From Fidelibacterota bacterium (GTDB taxonomy: Bacteria > Fidelibacterota > Marinisomatia > SCGC-AAA003-L08 > JACNLC01), in contig JACNLC010000085.1 in NCBI GenBank assembly GCA_014381725.1, positions 12,569 to 76,568 on the forward strand: 64,000 bases of DNA, given 5' to 3'. The stretch's first letter is position 1. Each line of letters begins with the position of its first letter. Shown piece by piece: positions 37,682 to 47,624 of the stretch. Both the position numbers and the translations under genes were made by a program. The notes beneath the pieces were generated by a model that was not told the DNA's origin, searched no databases, and saw only the letters and a program-made list of their open reading frames with translations.

Positions 37682-38974
37682 CTATTTTCCAGAAACTGTT
37701 AATCCACTAAACTGAATCCACGGGATTATTGATGTTCCATCATTTGTTCGTTCAGAAGAAATGTTTTTGATGTTCATAAACATTTTTGCGATATTACCTG
37801 AAACCATCGTTTCGGAAATCGGGAATTTCACTTTTCCATTCTCAATGTAGTAACTATTTTTAGCAACTCCAGAGAAATCTCCATTTTCACTCGGATTCCC
37901 ACCTGAAAATCGTGCCATTAAAATTCCCTGTTTCACAGATTTAATTAAATCGTCTAGTGATTTGTCTCCTGCATCAATTACGAACGCACCACCACTATTT
38001 ACAGCTTTTTCTAAACCAGTTTTGTTTGAACCATATAGTCCAAGCAAAAATGTTTTCAGTTCGCCTTTATCAATAACTGTACTGTTTTTTGTTTCGTATC
38101 CATCCGAAGTTACAAAATACCCGACTTCAATATCATTTGATACTGGTCTGCAATGTATGGATAGCTTTTTGTCAGCAATCTGCTCATTTAGTTTATCTTT
38201 ATAAATGGATGTTCCGGAGATGAGTGGATAATCACTAATCATAGATTCAAATGCAGAAACAAAATCACCAAAACATTCTGGTGTGATGATTACATCGCCT
38301 ACAAATTTCTCAGGGATTTGTTGAGTTGTAATTTGTTCTTCTGACTGTTTCATTAATAATTCTATGTTCGCATATTCGTGTAGTGATTTAGCAAGTTCTA
38401 TTGATGAAAATCCCGCATAATTAAATGATGAAGTATTCTTGCCATCTTTAGAAGTAAACATCGGGCCAAATCCATACACCCCCTTGTTAATTGTAAAATC
38501 AATACCATTTGAGTTCATCAAAATAGTTTGAGCATAACTAAAATCTAAAATTGCTTGTTCCAAAATTACTTTCGGATATTTGTTATTGGTAAATTCCACA
38601 AATTCTTTTAGTCGAGAATACATTAAATCTAAATTTGGTTCTTTTGATCCTAAATTAAAAGTCTTAGCTGGTTGGAATTCAGAAATGTCGTTTGCTGTGT
38701 CGGGCTTGGTTGAGTTAGTAATATCCATCAATTCAACTATCGCTTGGTCAATAGATTCTTTGTCTAATTTATTTAAACTTATATTTCCCTTTTTATTTTC
38801 TTTGATAGCTTTTAGTGAAAGATTTCTATTAAATGTCGTTCTAAACAAACTTAATTCACCAGCATCAACATTGAGCTCATTTTTGGAGCCCACAGAAAGA
38901 GAGCAACTTACTTTATCTGCACCAGCTTTGATAATTTCATCAATACAATATTTTACAATTTCTCGATTCGTCAT
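37682..38974 (-). CDS. PmbA/TldE-family protein (pair B)
   Basis: C-terminal pattern GDFSGVAKNSYYIENGKVKFPISETMVSGNIAKMF. Start is placed at ATG 38974 (MTNREIVKYC), 1 nt after the tldD stop, with GGAGG upstream. The track's longer start overlaps tldD. Confidence 0.75.
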   Translation of the reverse strand: MTNREIVKYCIDEIIKAGADKVSCSLSVGSKNELNVDAGELSLFRTTFNRNLSLKAIKENKKGNISLNKLDKESIDQAIVELMDITNSTKPDTANDISEFQPAKTFNLGSKEPNLDLMYSRLKEFVEFTNNKYPKVILEQAILDFSYAQTILMNSNGIDFTINKGVYGFGPMFTSKDGKNTSSFNYAGFSSIELAKSLHEYANIELLMKQSEEQITTQQIPEKFVGDVIITPECFGDFVSAFESMISDYPLISGTSIYKDKLNEQIADKKLSIHCRPVSNDIEVGYFVTSDGYETKNSTVIDKGELKTFLLGLYGSNKTGLEKAVNSGGAFVIDAGDKSLDDLIKSVKQGILMARFSGGNPSENGDFSGVAKNSYYIENGKVKFPISETMVSGNIAKMFMNIKNISSERTNDGTSIIPWIQFSGLTVSGK

Positions 38975-38975
38975 T

Positions 38976-40355
38976 TTATCTACCTCCAATATTAATTTTG
39001 CATTTAACTGCAGGGCCACCCATACCAACAGGAATTTGTTGCTTTTTCCCGCACATTCCACCACTTGACCAAGCCATATCATCTGAAATCATTGTAATGG
39101 TTTTGAGCATATCAAAAGCAACACCAGAAATTGTGGTATTGCGAATGGCTCGTTTAATTTTACCTTTTTTTATTTCGTAACCCAGCACAACTCCGAACAT
39201 GAATTCGCTGGTAGAATCCGCCTGCCCGTTACTCGATTTAATCAAATAATATCCATCATCAATTGATGCAATCATTTCTTCAAGTTTACTAGTTCCCGGA
39301 ACGATAGCTGTGTTTCGCATTCTAACGAGTGGTTCGTCATAAAATCCAAATGCTCGAGCATTCCCGGTTGGAGACATTTTGAGTTTCATTGCGGTTTCTT
39401 TATTGTGCATAAAATTCTTTAAAATTCCGTTTTCGATAATAACCACATCCTCACCAGTTGTGCCTTCATCATCTACATAAAGTGGAACTGGACAAGTTTT
39501 ACCGTGTGCAGTATGGGCATAATCGATTAAAGTAACCATTTCTGAAGCTACTTTTTGATTGAGATAATCGCCAGCAACAGAGCCACCCAAAACTAAATCA
39601 CCTTCAGTTGTATGTCCAATGGCTTCGTGAGATAATATTCCTGCAAGGTCTGCATCTAAGATAACATCTTTATAACCTGCTTCTGCGTGAACTCCTTCTG
39701 ATTTTTTCATTAGATGTTCATATTGTTCAGCAATTTTTGGGAACAAATCTTTTGGAGATGTAAACAAATCCTCAAACTGTCCTAATCCACCATAAACATC
39801 ATACAAACTAATTGGTTCTCCATTTACTACAACCGTCATATCGATATAAAATATCACGCGTGGAATCATAGAATAACTATGCGAACCGGTGGAAGTAATT
39901 ATTAATTTCTCCATATCTAAACCTGACATCGTTACCGCTCGCGAATCAAGATTTGGATAAGTTTTATTAATGTGATCATCAATTGTTTTGAGAAATTCTA
40001 TTAACTCTTTACGAGATAATTTTTGTTTTTTAGTTGAAAAATCAATGTCATAATTTCCAGTGGTAAATGGTAAATCGTTCATCATCAAATTTTCTTTTGA
40101 ACTCAAGAATGTTGCATTTCCTGAAGCTGATTTTATTACTCGTTTAATCTCTTCGTCAGAAACATTTGGATTTGATGCAAGTCCCCAATTCCCTTCGCTA
40201 TATACTCGTGCTGACACACCACTTTTAGCAGACTTGGTATTTCCCCAAATATCTCCTTCAACTATTGATATACCATCACTACGATTTTCTTGAACTCGCA
40301 ACTCTGTATATCCTTTGAATAAATTTGTAAACTGTGTTAAATCTTTTCTAATCAT
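38976..40355 (-). CDS. tldD: TldD-family metalloprotease (pair B)
   Basis: HEAIGHTTEGD (HExxxH) and C-terminal GMCGKKQQ...VGMGGP typical of TldD. Confidence 0.8.
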   Translation of the reverse strand: MIRKDLTQFTNLFKGYTELRVQENRSDGISIVEGDIWGNTKSAKSGVSARVYSEGNWGLASNPNVSDEEIKRVIKSASGNATFLSSKENLMMNDLPFTTGNYDIDFSTKKQKLSRKELIEFLKTIDDHINKTYPNLDSRAVTMSGLDMEKLIITSTGSHSYSMIPRVIFYIDMTVVVNGEPISLYDVYGGLGQFEDLFTSPKDLFPKIAEQYEHLMKKSEGVHAEAGYKDVILDADLAGILSHEAIGHTTEGDLVLGGSVAGDYLNQKVASEMVTLIDYAHTAHGKTCPVPLYVDDEGTTGEDVVIIENGILKNFMHNKETAMKLKMSPTGNARAFGFYDEPLVRMRNTAIVPGTSKLEEMIASIDDGYYLIKSSNGQADSTSEFMFGVVLGYEIKKGKIKRAIRNTTISGVAFDMLKTITMISDDMAWSSGGMCGKKQQIPVGMGGPAVKCKINIGGR

Positions 40356-40485
40356 AATTTTCCTTTATTAGTTAATAGCAAGGAGCTGAATCTCGCAAAG
40401 TCGATAAGACCCAAAATAATCTACCTTTGGTTTCTCTTTTCCGATTTTGACTTTATAAGCTTTCTACTTTATAAACTTTCAACTC

Positions 40486-41808
40486 TTACAGTGTAAGTGA
40501 AAACGATTTTAGCAAAATTCCAGGACAAACGACTCCACCTAAAGCTCTACCTTCGTAAGTTTCAACATCTAGATTTAACTTTGCTACATTATCCACTTCT
40601 TCTAAATTTTCTCCGAAGAAATTATACAAACTATCATCAAATCGCATTGTTTCGATTGGTGCTACTATTTCTCCATTTTCTACCCAAAAACAGGCGTATC
40701 GTGTCATCCCTGTAATTCTTCCGCCGATGTTGTCGCTCCAATTTAGATAATGCAGATTGCTTAAATAAATTCCTGTGTCCAATTTTTGGAAAATGTCTTT
40801 TTTGTCTAAAGTTCCCGTTTTCATTATTGGAGATCTAAGTGATTCACCTTCACCAGCATTGTTGGATTTTTTTTCATATTCTTTAGCGGTTCGTGTGCTA
40901 ACCAATGTATTTTCAAGATTGCAGTTTTCGATAAGTGATAACTGTTCCGGAGCAATTTCTCCGTTTCCATTAAATCGTGGAACAAGTCCTTTCCTGAAAT
41001 CTTCAGATAATCCAAACAAAGGAGATAGTTTTGCATTTTCGTTTCGCATTTTCCCGAAAGCACTTTGTCCCTGTTGAATTGATGCTTCGCTGATACCATT
41101 CCACGAGAACATACCCAAAATATCTGCTACACCTGCTGGAGCGATATAAGTCCGATAATTACCGGGTTTAAGTTTCTTAGCAGGTTGTTCCATCATTCTC
41201 AATTTTTTGATGGAATCTGCCATTGTTGTTTCGTAATCTTTTTGATTCCATTCAGAACCAGCAAAGGTTGTTTTCACCATTTTCTCATCTGATGTGATAA
41301 GAGAATAATCTAAAGAAAATGTTTCTGTGGAAAACCAATGTTTCTGCCCTGCTGAATTTGCATTGCCTATAAATATTTTCCCTGATGCCCAAATACCGGA
41401 TAAATCCACACCTTGCATTGCTGGAGTAAGAGCATTTACAGCATCTTCAATTGGTAATAAATTACCTTTATGTTCTTCCTCACTTGAACCTGTATCTTCT
41501 GGTAAAACAATATAAGGATCTTCCGGAAGATGAACAACTTCCTTGCGAAGTCGCTGTAATTCTTGTTGCACATTAGCAATATCAGATTTTTCATCGCTGG
41601 TAACGGTAATTCCACCACTACAGGTTTTGTTTTGGTGAATTAGTTCGAGGGAGATGCTCACTTCGTCAACCAATCCTGTTTGTCGGATTTTGGATTTACT
41701 AAACCTAATAAATTGGCTGTTTTCTCCACTAAATGATATTTTTAGATGCTCATCTTTTGAAATCTGATTAAGTAATGCATCACTTATTTTATTAAATAAC
41801 TTTTTCAT
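40486..41808 (-). CDS. PmbA/TldE-family protein (pair A)
   Basis: C-terminal GGRITGMTRYACFWVENGEIVAPIETMRFDDSLYNFF pattern. No HExxxH motif. Confidence 0.7.
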   Translation of the reverse strand: MKKLFNKISDALLNQISKDEHLKISFSGENSQFIRFSKSKIRQTGLVDEVSISLELIHQNKTCSGGITVTSDEKSDIANVQQELQRLRKEVVHLPEDPYIVLPEDTGSSEEEHKGNLLPIEDAVNALTPAMQGVDLSGIWASGKIFIGNANSAGQKHWFSTETFSLDYSLITSDEKMVKTTFAGSEWNQKDYETTMADSIKKLRMMEQPAKKLKPGNYRTYIAPAGVADILGMFSWNGISEASIQQGQSAFGKMRNENAKLSPLFGLSEDFRKGLVPRFNGNGEIAPEQLSLIENCNLENTLVSTRTAKEYEKKSNNAGEGESLRSPIMKTGTLDKKDIFQKLDTGIYLSNLHYLNWSDNIGGRITGMTRYACFWVENGEIVAPIETMRFDDSLYNFFGENLEEVDNVAKLNLDVETYEGRALGGVVCPGILLKSFSLTL

Positions 41809-41885
41809 ATTTTCCCTTATTTACAATAATTTTTACCACAAAGTTGTTACAATATTCATACTTGAAATTCGGTCTCCTGCTTCCC

Positions 41886-43325
41886 CTACACTCCGCCAAA
41901 AACTTCAATATCTTCAAACAGACAAACCGGTGATGCGTGTCCAACTCGAATCGCCTGATTTGGTTCACCTTTTCCGCAATATGGAGTCCCATACATTTTG
42001 AAAGTGTCTTTATTCCCAACCATTTTCAGATTATTCCAAAATGGAATAGTAATTGCTCGATAATTCGGATTTTTTACTGCTTTTGTGAATTTACCGTTTT
42101 CGATTAATTTACCATATTCACATCCAAACTGGAATTTGTTGCGATAATCATCAATTGACCACGACCGATTTGATTCCATATACACGCCTTTTTCTATTGA
42201 TGATATAATTTCGTCAAACGAAGATTCTCCCGGTTCAAGATTCAAATTCGCCATACGGTCAATCGGAGCACGATTCCACGAACTCGCTCTGAAATTTGCT
42301 ACCCCCTGCATACCAGAACGAACTTGACTTTCCATCCCACCTTGAGGTCTGAGTAAAACACCATCTTTGATGATATATTCTTTTGTAGCTTTCATCCCGC
42401 CATCATCAAAATTATACGATGCGTGTTGGTGTTCAATCGTTGGGTCAAAAGTGATGTTCATTAATTTTGAGCCGTATTGCAAATTCCCAAAATCTTTTTC
42501 TCGGACGAAACTCCAACCTGCATAATTTCTTTCATCGCCTAAAATTCTGTCAAGTTCAGTCGCGTGACCTACACTTTCGTGTATTTGTATTAACATTTGA
42601 TCAGGTGATAGTACAATGGGCAATTTCCCTGTTGGACATTCCTCAGCAGTTAGCAACTCTATTGCTTGCTTGCTGACTTTTTCAGCATTTTGAAGAATTT
42701 CATCTTCATTGATAGTTTCCATCCCAACTTGGTGACTGTTTGCCATCAATCCGCCATCTGTGCGAGTTTGTGTGATAATACCATCTTGAGCCGTTGCAGA
42801 AAAATCGCTTGAAATAATTAGAAGTTTTTGTTCAACATCGCTTCCGTTTGAGCTGACATATTTCATTTCAGACTCAACGAATCTGAAAAGACTAAACGCA
42901 CTAACGATTTTATCGGATAATTTCAATTTATCATAAGCTTTAAGAAGTAAATTGTTTAAGTCTCCTGCAGAATATGTGTTCAAATCTTGCGAGTAAGACG
43001 AAATATATTTGCCTTTTGCAATTGGTCGAACTTTGTCTGTAAAATGATGAAGCGAATACTTGGATGCAATGTTCGCCTGCTTCAATGCTTTTTCAGCGGC
43101 TTTTTGGATTGCGCTACGAGTAAGCTGATGTGTTCCATAATATCCAAACTGACCGTTAGATAAAACTTCAACCATAACTCCGTGAGTTGTATCTTTAGAA
43201 TTTGCTTGTGGTTTACCATCACGGATAACTCTGTAAGTTGTCGATTCACGAACTTCGCGTAACCCAATCCATTCTGCATTGATATTAATTCCGCTAATTG
43301 CTGATTTTATGTCGAAATGATTCAT
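41886..43325 (-). CDS. TldD-family metalloprotease (pair A)
   Basis: HESVGHATELD (HExxxH) and C-terminal CGKGEPNQAIRVGHASP. ATG 43325 follows GAGGGA; the track used TTG 43337. Confidence 0.8.
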   Translation of the reverse strand: MNHFDIKSAISGININAEWIGLREVRESTTYRVIRDGKPQANSKDTTHGVMVEVLSNGQFGYYGTHQLTRSAIQKAAEKALKQANIASKYSLHHFTDKVRPIAKGKYISSYSQDLNTYSAGDLNNLLLKAYDKLKLSDKIVSAFSLFRFVESEMKYVSSNGSDVEQKLLIISSDFSATAQDGIITQTRTDGGLMANSHQVGMETINEDEILQNAEKVSKQAIELLTAEECPTGKLPIVLSPDQMLIQIHESVGHATELDRILGDERNYAGWSFVREKDFGNLQYGSKLMNITFDPTIEHQHASYNFDDGGMKATKEYIIKDGVLLRPQGGMESQVRSGMQGVANFRASSWNRAPIDRMANLNLEPGESSFDEIISSIEKGVYMESNRSWSIDDYRNKFQFGCEYGKLIENGKFTKAVKNPNYRAITIPFWNNLKMVGNKDTFKMYGTPYCGKGEPNQAIRVGHASPVCLFEDIEVFGGV

Positions 43326-43534
43326 TGATTCCCTCAAAAATAATAGTTGTTCTGTAAAAATACGACGAGAATTTACGGTATAAAGTCGTTGCAGACCAAA
43401 ATAATCTCTTTAAGTTTCCAGTATATAAAAATCTGTCCAAAACGATTTCAATTATTTCTGTTCGGCAAATGATTCTAGTTATTTTATTTCACATTATAAC
43501 TTTCTTAACTTTTACATATTGATAGGCGAGTAAT

Positions 43535-44581
43535 ATGACTTCAAAGAAGATAAAATTAACGAGTTTTAGTTCGGGTGCTGGCTGAGCATGTAAATTAAGT
43601 CCATCGGACTTAGCTCAAGTTTTGAGCACATTAAAATCAACTACACCTGGAAATGTTATCGGATTCGATTCATCAGAAGATGCAGCTGTGTATCCGATGA
43701 ATGATGATCAATTTCTCCTGCAAACTGTGGATTTTTTCACTCCGATTGTAGATGATCCATTTACATTTGGACAAATTGCGGCGGTGAATGCACTCTCCGA
43801 TATTTATGCGATGGGTGGAAAGCCACTATTTGCATTAAATGTTGTCGGTTTCCCAAGTGATGATTTACCGATTTCTGTCCTATCTGATATTCTGCTTGGC
43901 GGAGAAGATATTGCATCAAAAGCTGGAATTTCAATTTTGGGTGGGCATACAATCAAGGACAAAGAACCAAAATACGGAATGGTTGTTACAGGAATTGTTA
44001 ATAAAGAAAATATGACTAGAAACGATTCTGCAAAACAAGATGATTTGCTGGTTTTGACTAAACCACTCGGTTCTGGAATTATTACAACTGCAATCAAACA
44101 AAATTTTGCAGATGAACAGATGATTGAGTCTGTGCAAGATGTAATGAAAACTCTCAATAACACAGCTTCTGAAGTGATGACAGATATTGGAGTAAATGCT
44201 TGTACAGATATTACCGGTTATGGATTATTGGGACATTTGTTAGAGATGTGCAAATCCAGTCAGGTTACTGCAGAAATTGGGTTTAGTTCGATTCCATTTT
44301 TGGAAGGTGTATTTGAATTTGCTCAAAAGGGCATTGTACCTGGTGGTTCAAAACGAAATTTTGAGTTTGTTTCTCCTAACATTAAGTTTGATAATGCACT
44401 TGCAGACCATCAAAAATTGATGCTTGCTGATGCACAAACTTCAGGTGGATTGTTAATTTCTGTATCGGAAGACAAATGTCAATTACTCATACAAGAATTG
44501 AAAAAACAAAATGTAACACCAGTTGCAATAATCGGTAGAATTATAGGAAAGACTGATAGTTTTATAAAAGTTCACAATTAG
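43535..44581 (+). CDS. selD: selenide, water dikinase (selenophosphate synthetase) with in-frame TGA = selenocysteine at codon 17
   Basis: Own translation from ATG 43535: MTSKKIKLTSFSSGAG[TGA 43583-43585]ACKLSPSDLAQVLSTLK..., continuing in the same frame into the track ORF at 43622. The GAG-U-xCK loop corresponds to E. coli SelD SHGAGCGCKISP. Downstream motifs DAAVY, DFFTPIVDDPFTFGQIAA and TDITGYGLLGHL match. Confidence 0.85.
43596..43612 (+). promoter_or_regulatory. candidate bacterial SECIS hairpin for the selD UGA
   Basis: TAAGTCC-ATC-GGACTTA forms a perfect 7-bp stem beginning 10 nt after the UGA. This is comparable to the ~11-nt spacing known for E. coli fdhF. Confidence 0.5.
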
Positions 44582-44663
44582 TAAATTCCCATACACTTCT
44601 GAAAATAAATAGGGACAAATCAACGACTCACACTACTTTTTGCTTTCACCTTTTGACTGATGT

Positions 44664-47534
44664 TTATTTCAATAACAACAATTTTTGTGTTTGTGTAAAA
44701 TTCTCAGATTGCAGTTTTACAAAATAAATCCCACTTGGATAATTTGATGCATTCCAAGTTACTTCGTGATATCCAGCTTCTTTTATACCATTTAGCAAAG
44801 TTTCTATCAATCTACCATTTATATCAAACATTTGTAGAGACACTCGGCCGTTTGTTTCTACCATTGGAACACTATAACCAATAACCGTTTTGGGATTAAA
44901 TGGATTTGGATAAGCATTTAGCAATTGATAATTAACAAATGATAATTGAGAATTATTCTCCAATTGTTCTTCTCCAAAATCGTCCATTACAACTTCAACA
45001 AACTCCTGTGCAGAACTGGTTTCCATAAAATAGAGCGGAAATCCAAGAACGAAGACTTTATTCTCACCAATTGATCTAATTCCGCAGACTTCGTTCTCCC
45101 ACTCGGAATCATCGGAATCAGAATCAAAACGATAAATTGGTTCAGCACCATTCAACGGAACAAATTTATTAACATTTCTTAATTTATAATCCCATTGAGA
45201 CGGAGCTTTTGAAGAATCAACTTCCATATTTGCGAAACCAGTATCCCCAAAAACACCAAAGAAATCTTCTGAAGTATTAAACTCGATATTTGCAATATGT
45301 AAATAATCCTGCAAAAATGCTTCATCTTCATTCGATAATTGTTTCCAAGATGAAAGTAGTAAATTCCCACCCGCATCAATATACTGTTTTAGATTGTATG
45401 TATCACTATCAAGCGGATTGTTGTTGATGTCGTCATTATGCCACACAATTGAAGAATACTTTGCCATTTCGAATAATTCAGGCAGTCCTTGATCGTCTGC
45501 ATCCCAATTTGTGGTTAGATAATTAGATAACAACAAATCGTAAAAGTCGTCAACTTCTTCATCTGTTGGAAATGGATTACTCTGAGAATTATCTTTTGTC
45601 TTATCCACAATTAAAATTCCGTTATCAAATGTAAACTCCACAGGAATCATTGAAATTTCATTTGAGAATTTACTAAAATACTCCAAATTCGTGTCAAGTA
45701 TTGCAACAATTTTATATTGGTATTCTGTTCCTGAAATTACATTTGTGTCATTATAATCGTTTTCAGTAATTGGCTCAGTATTGATTTGTGTCCATCCTTC
45801 TGAATCATATTTTCGATAAACATTAAAACCTTCAATTGTTGGATCAAAATATTCTTCCCACATTAACATAACAGAGCCATCGCGATTACTATTAGCTTCT
45901 TCGATTTCTGGAATTTGCTCCGAAAATCCGTGATCCAATACCCAATTATTTGGGTCCCAATCAATGTTTGGGAATTCTATTTCAGAAAAATATGTGTAAA
46001 TATTTACACCATCTTCACTCCAAACAGAATATTCTACACCACTCATTTCAAACGGAATTGGCATATTAAAAGATGTTGTTTCACTTCCATAAGAAACCAA
46101 AGTAATTTTTATAGAATCTGTCAACTCGGAAGAATATGTTGCATAGTCATAATCCGGACTTCCAATACCATAAATCCACTCTTGGAAAAACCAATTTAGG
46201 TCGCTTCCATAGTGTGATTCAAATACACTTTGTAAATCTTCTGTAACTGCATTTTGGTAGGCATAAATTTCAAGATAATCCTGAAGTGAAGCAAAATATA
46301 TTTCATCTCCCACCACTTTTCGCAACATATGGTTTACCCACGCCCCTTTGTTGTAAATAATTCCGTCAAATATATCCCAAACTCCTATTGTATCAATCGT
46401 GAACACTGATCTCGAATCACCCCATCCAAACTCCATACTATTCATATAGTTGTGATATGAATTTACACCACTCGTATTTTCTACATAGAGTGCCTCGGAA
46501 TATGTTGCAAATCCTTCATTAAGCCATCCGTGTTGCCAATCTCTGCAAGTTACTTTGTCACCAAACCATTGGTGAGCAAGTTCGTGAACCTGCACTATTC
46601 CGCTCGTTGTCGCCGTGGTTACACAAGTCTGATGTTCCATAGCCCAACTACTATTTGTGACTTTAGCAATCGCAAATTTCTCATCGACAAAAGGATATAG
46701 TCCATACAAATCAGAGAAGATCGGAAGTGCCGTTTCAACATCGTGAAATCCTGATGGAACCGTGCCAGTTGTATAATAAATAATAGGCATCGAGTCATTT
46801 TCGGCGTAATGAAAATATTCTATTGTTTCTAAATACGGATAAACATTCACAACAAACAGGTAAGTTGCAATTGGATAATTTTCTAACCAATGGTGAGTTT
46901 TTGTGTCATCGTAATTATTGATTATCTCTTGGAGAACACCGTTTGAAGCAACAATCAAATCATCTGGAACTGTAAGTTTTAAATCAACATAATTTGCTTT
47001 ATCAGATGGATGATCTTTGCAAGGCACCCAATCGGATAATCCGTAAGGACAGTTAAGAGAATAAAACCCTCCACTAGAATATACAATGCCACCTTCCCAC
47101 GCCACGCCCGAACCAGTAGCGCCTGAATATTCAATTGTAATTGATAGAGTATCATTTTCCAAAAAATTACTTTCAAAAAGCAAATTAATACGATTGTTAA
47201 AATGATTTTCGGATAAAACTGATATTTGATTATCATCTACAAACACTGACACATTTTCAATATCTAGATGGTCTTTAGCGTCAAGAATTATTTCATGTGT
47301 CTCGTTTTTTATGGATACATCTATAATTACTGAACCATCAACTTGTTGAGTTTCTGGATCAATTTGGATATCTAGCACATAGCTTAGTACATCATAATCA
47401 TTTTGTTCTGGTAATAAATCTCGATGAAATTCAATTGGATTTGAATTTTGATTCTTGATTTGACATTCTTTTGTTGGAATGTTAGATGAATACAGAAATG
47501 TAATAATTGACAATATAATTATAATTTTCTGCAT
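44664..47534 (-). CDS. M1 family aminopeptidase (aminopeptidase N-like) with C-terminal extension and T9SS sorting domain
   Basis: HELAHQWFGD and WLNEGFATY motifs. Signal peptide starts at MQKIIIILSIITF (ATG 47534, AGGAG upstream). C-terminal YPNPFNPKTVIGY...SGIYFVKLQSENFTQTQKLLLLK. Confidence 0.8.
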   Translation of the reverse strand: MQKIIIILSIITFLYSSNIPTKECQIKNQNSNPIEFHRDLLPEQNDYDVLSYVLDIQIDPETQQVDGSVIIDVSIKNETHEIILDAKDHLDIENVSVFVDDNQISVLSENHFNNRINLLFESNFLENDTLSITIEYSGATGSGVAWEGGIVYSSGGFYSLNCPYGLSDWVPCKDHPSDKANYVDLKLTVPDDLIVASNGVLQEIINNYDDTKTHHWLENYPIATYLFVVNVYPYLETIEYFHYAENDSMPIIYYTTGTVPSGFHDVETALPIFSDLYGLYPFVDEKFAIAKVTNSSWAMEHQTCVTTATTSGIVQVHELAHQWFGDKVTCRDWQHGWLNEGFATYSEALYVENTSGVNSYHNYMNSMEFGWGDSRSVFTIDTIGVWDIFDGIIYNKGAWVNHMLRKVVGDEIYFASLQDYLEIYAYQNAVTEDLQSVFESHYGSDLNWFFQEWIYGIGSPDYDYATYSSELTDSIKITLVSYGSETTSFNMPIPFEMSGVEYSVWSEDGVNIYTYFSEIEFPNIDWDPNNWVLDHGFSEQIPEIEEANSNRDGSVMLMWEEYFDPTIEGFNVYRKYDSEGWTQINTEPITENDYNDTNVISGTEYQYKIVAILDTNLEYFSKFSNEISMIPVEFTFDNGILIVDKTKDNSQSNPFPTDEEVDDFYDLLLSNYLTTNWDADDQGLPELFEMAKYSSIVWHNDDINNNPLDSDTYNLKQYIDAGGNLLLSSWKQLSNEDEAFLQDYLHIANIEFNTSEDFFGVFGDTGFANMEVDSSKAPSQWDYKLRNVNKFVPLNGAEPIYRFDSDSDDSEWENEVCGIRSIGENKVFVLGFPLYFMETSSAQEFVEVVMDDFGEEQLENNSQLSFVNYQLLNAYPNPFNPKTVIGYSVPMVETNGRVSLQMFDINGRLIETLLNGIKEAGYHEVTWNASNYPSGIYFVKLQSENFTQTQKLLLLK

Positions 47535-47624
47535 AGATATTCTCCTTATTTTCAAATCTAACTTAATTGAGTTGCAAAAACACAGCAACAATAACACAAA
47601 ATATTATGCAAGAAAATTACTTAT

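Noticed and set aside
38580-39068. 162-aa plus-strand ORF. Similar long antisense ORFs occur at 56658-57119, 59713-60159, 31251-31649, 43804-44163, 5488-5835 and 19519-19860.
   Set aside because: Each lies fully antisense to a gene with strong family motifs (PmbA, RadA, M28, CopA, SelD, NfeD, the Fe-S protein). Their products are low-complexity and S/P/I/F-rich, with no recognisable motifs or SD. These are typical shadow ORFs.
43583-43585. Possibility that the in-frame TGA signals a UGA-reassigned genetic code (code 4 or 25).
   Set aside because: TGA terminates several well-delimited genes in the window (tgt at 59299-59301, resB, the 14406 ORF, PAP2). No other conserved gene shows internal TGA. 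Site-specific Sec recoding explains it better.
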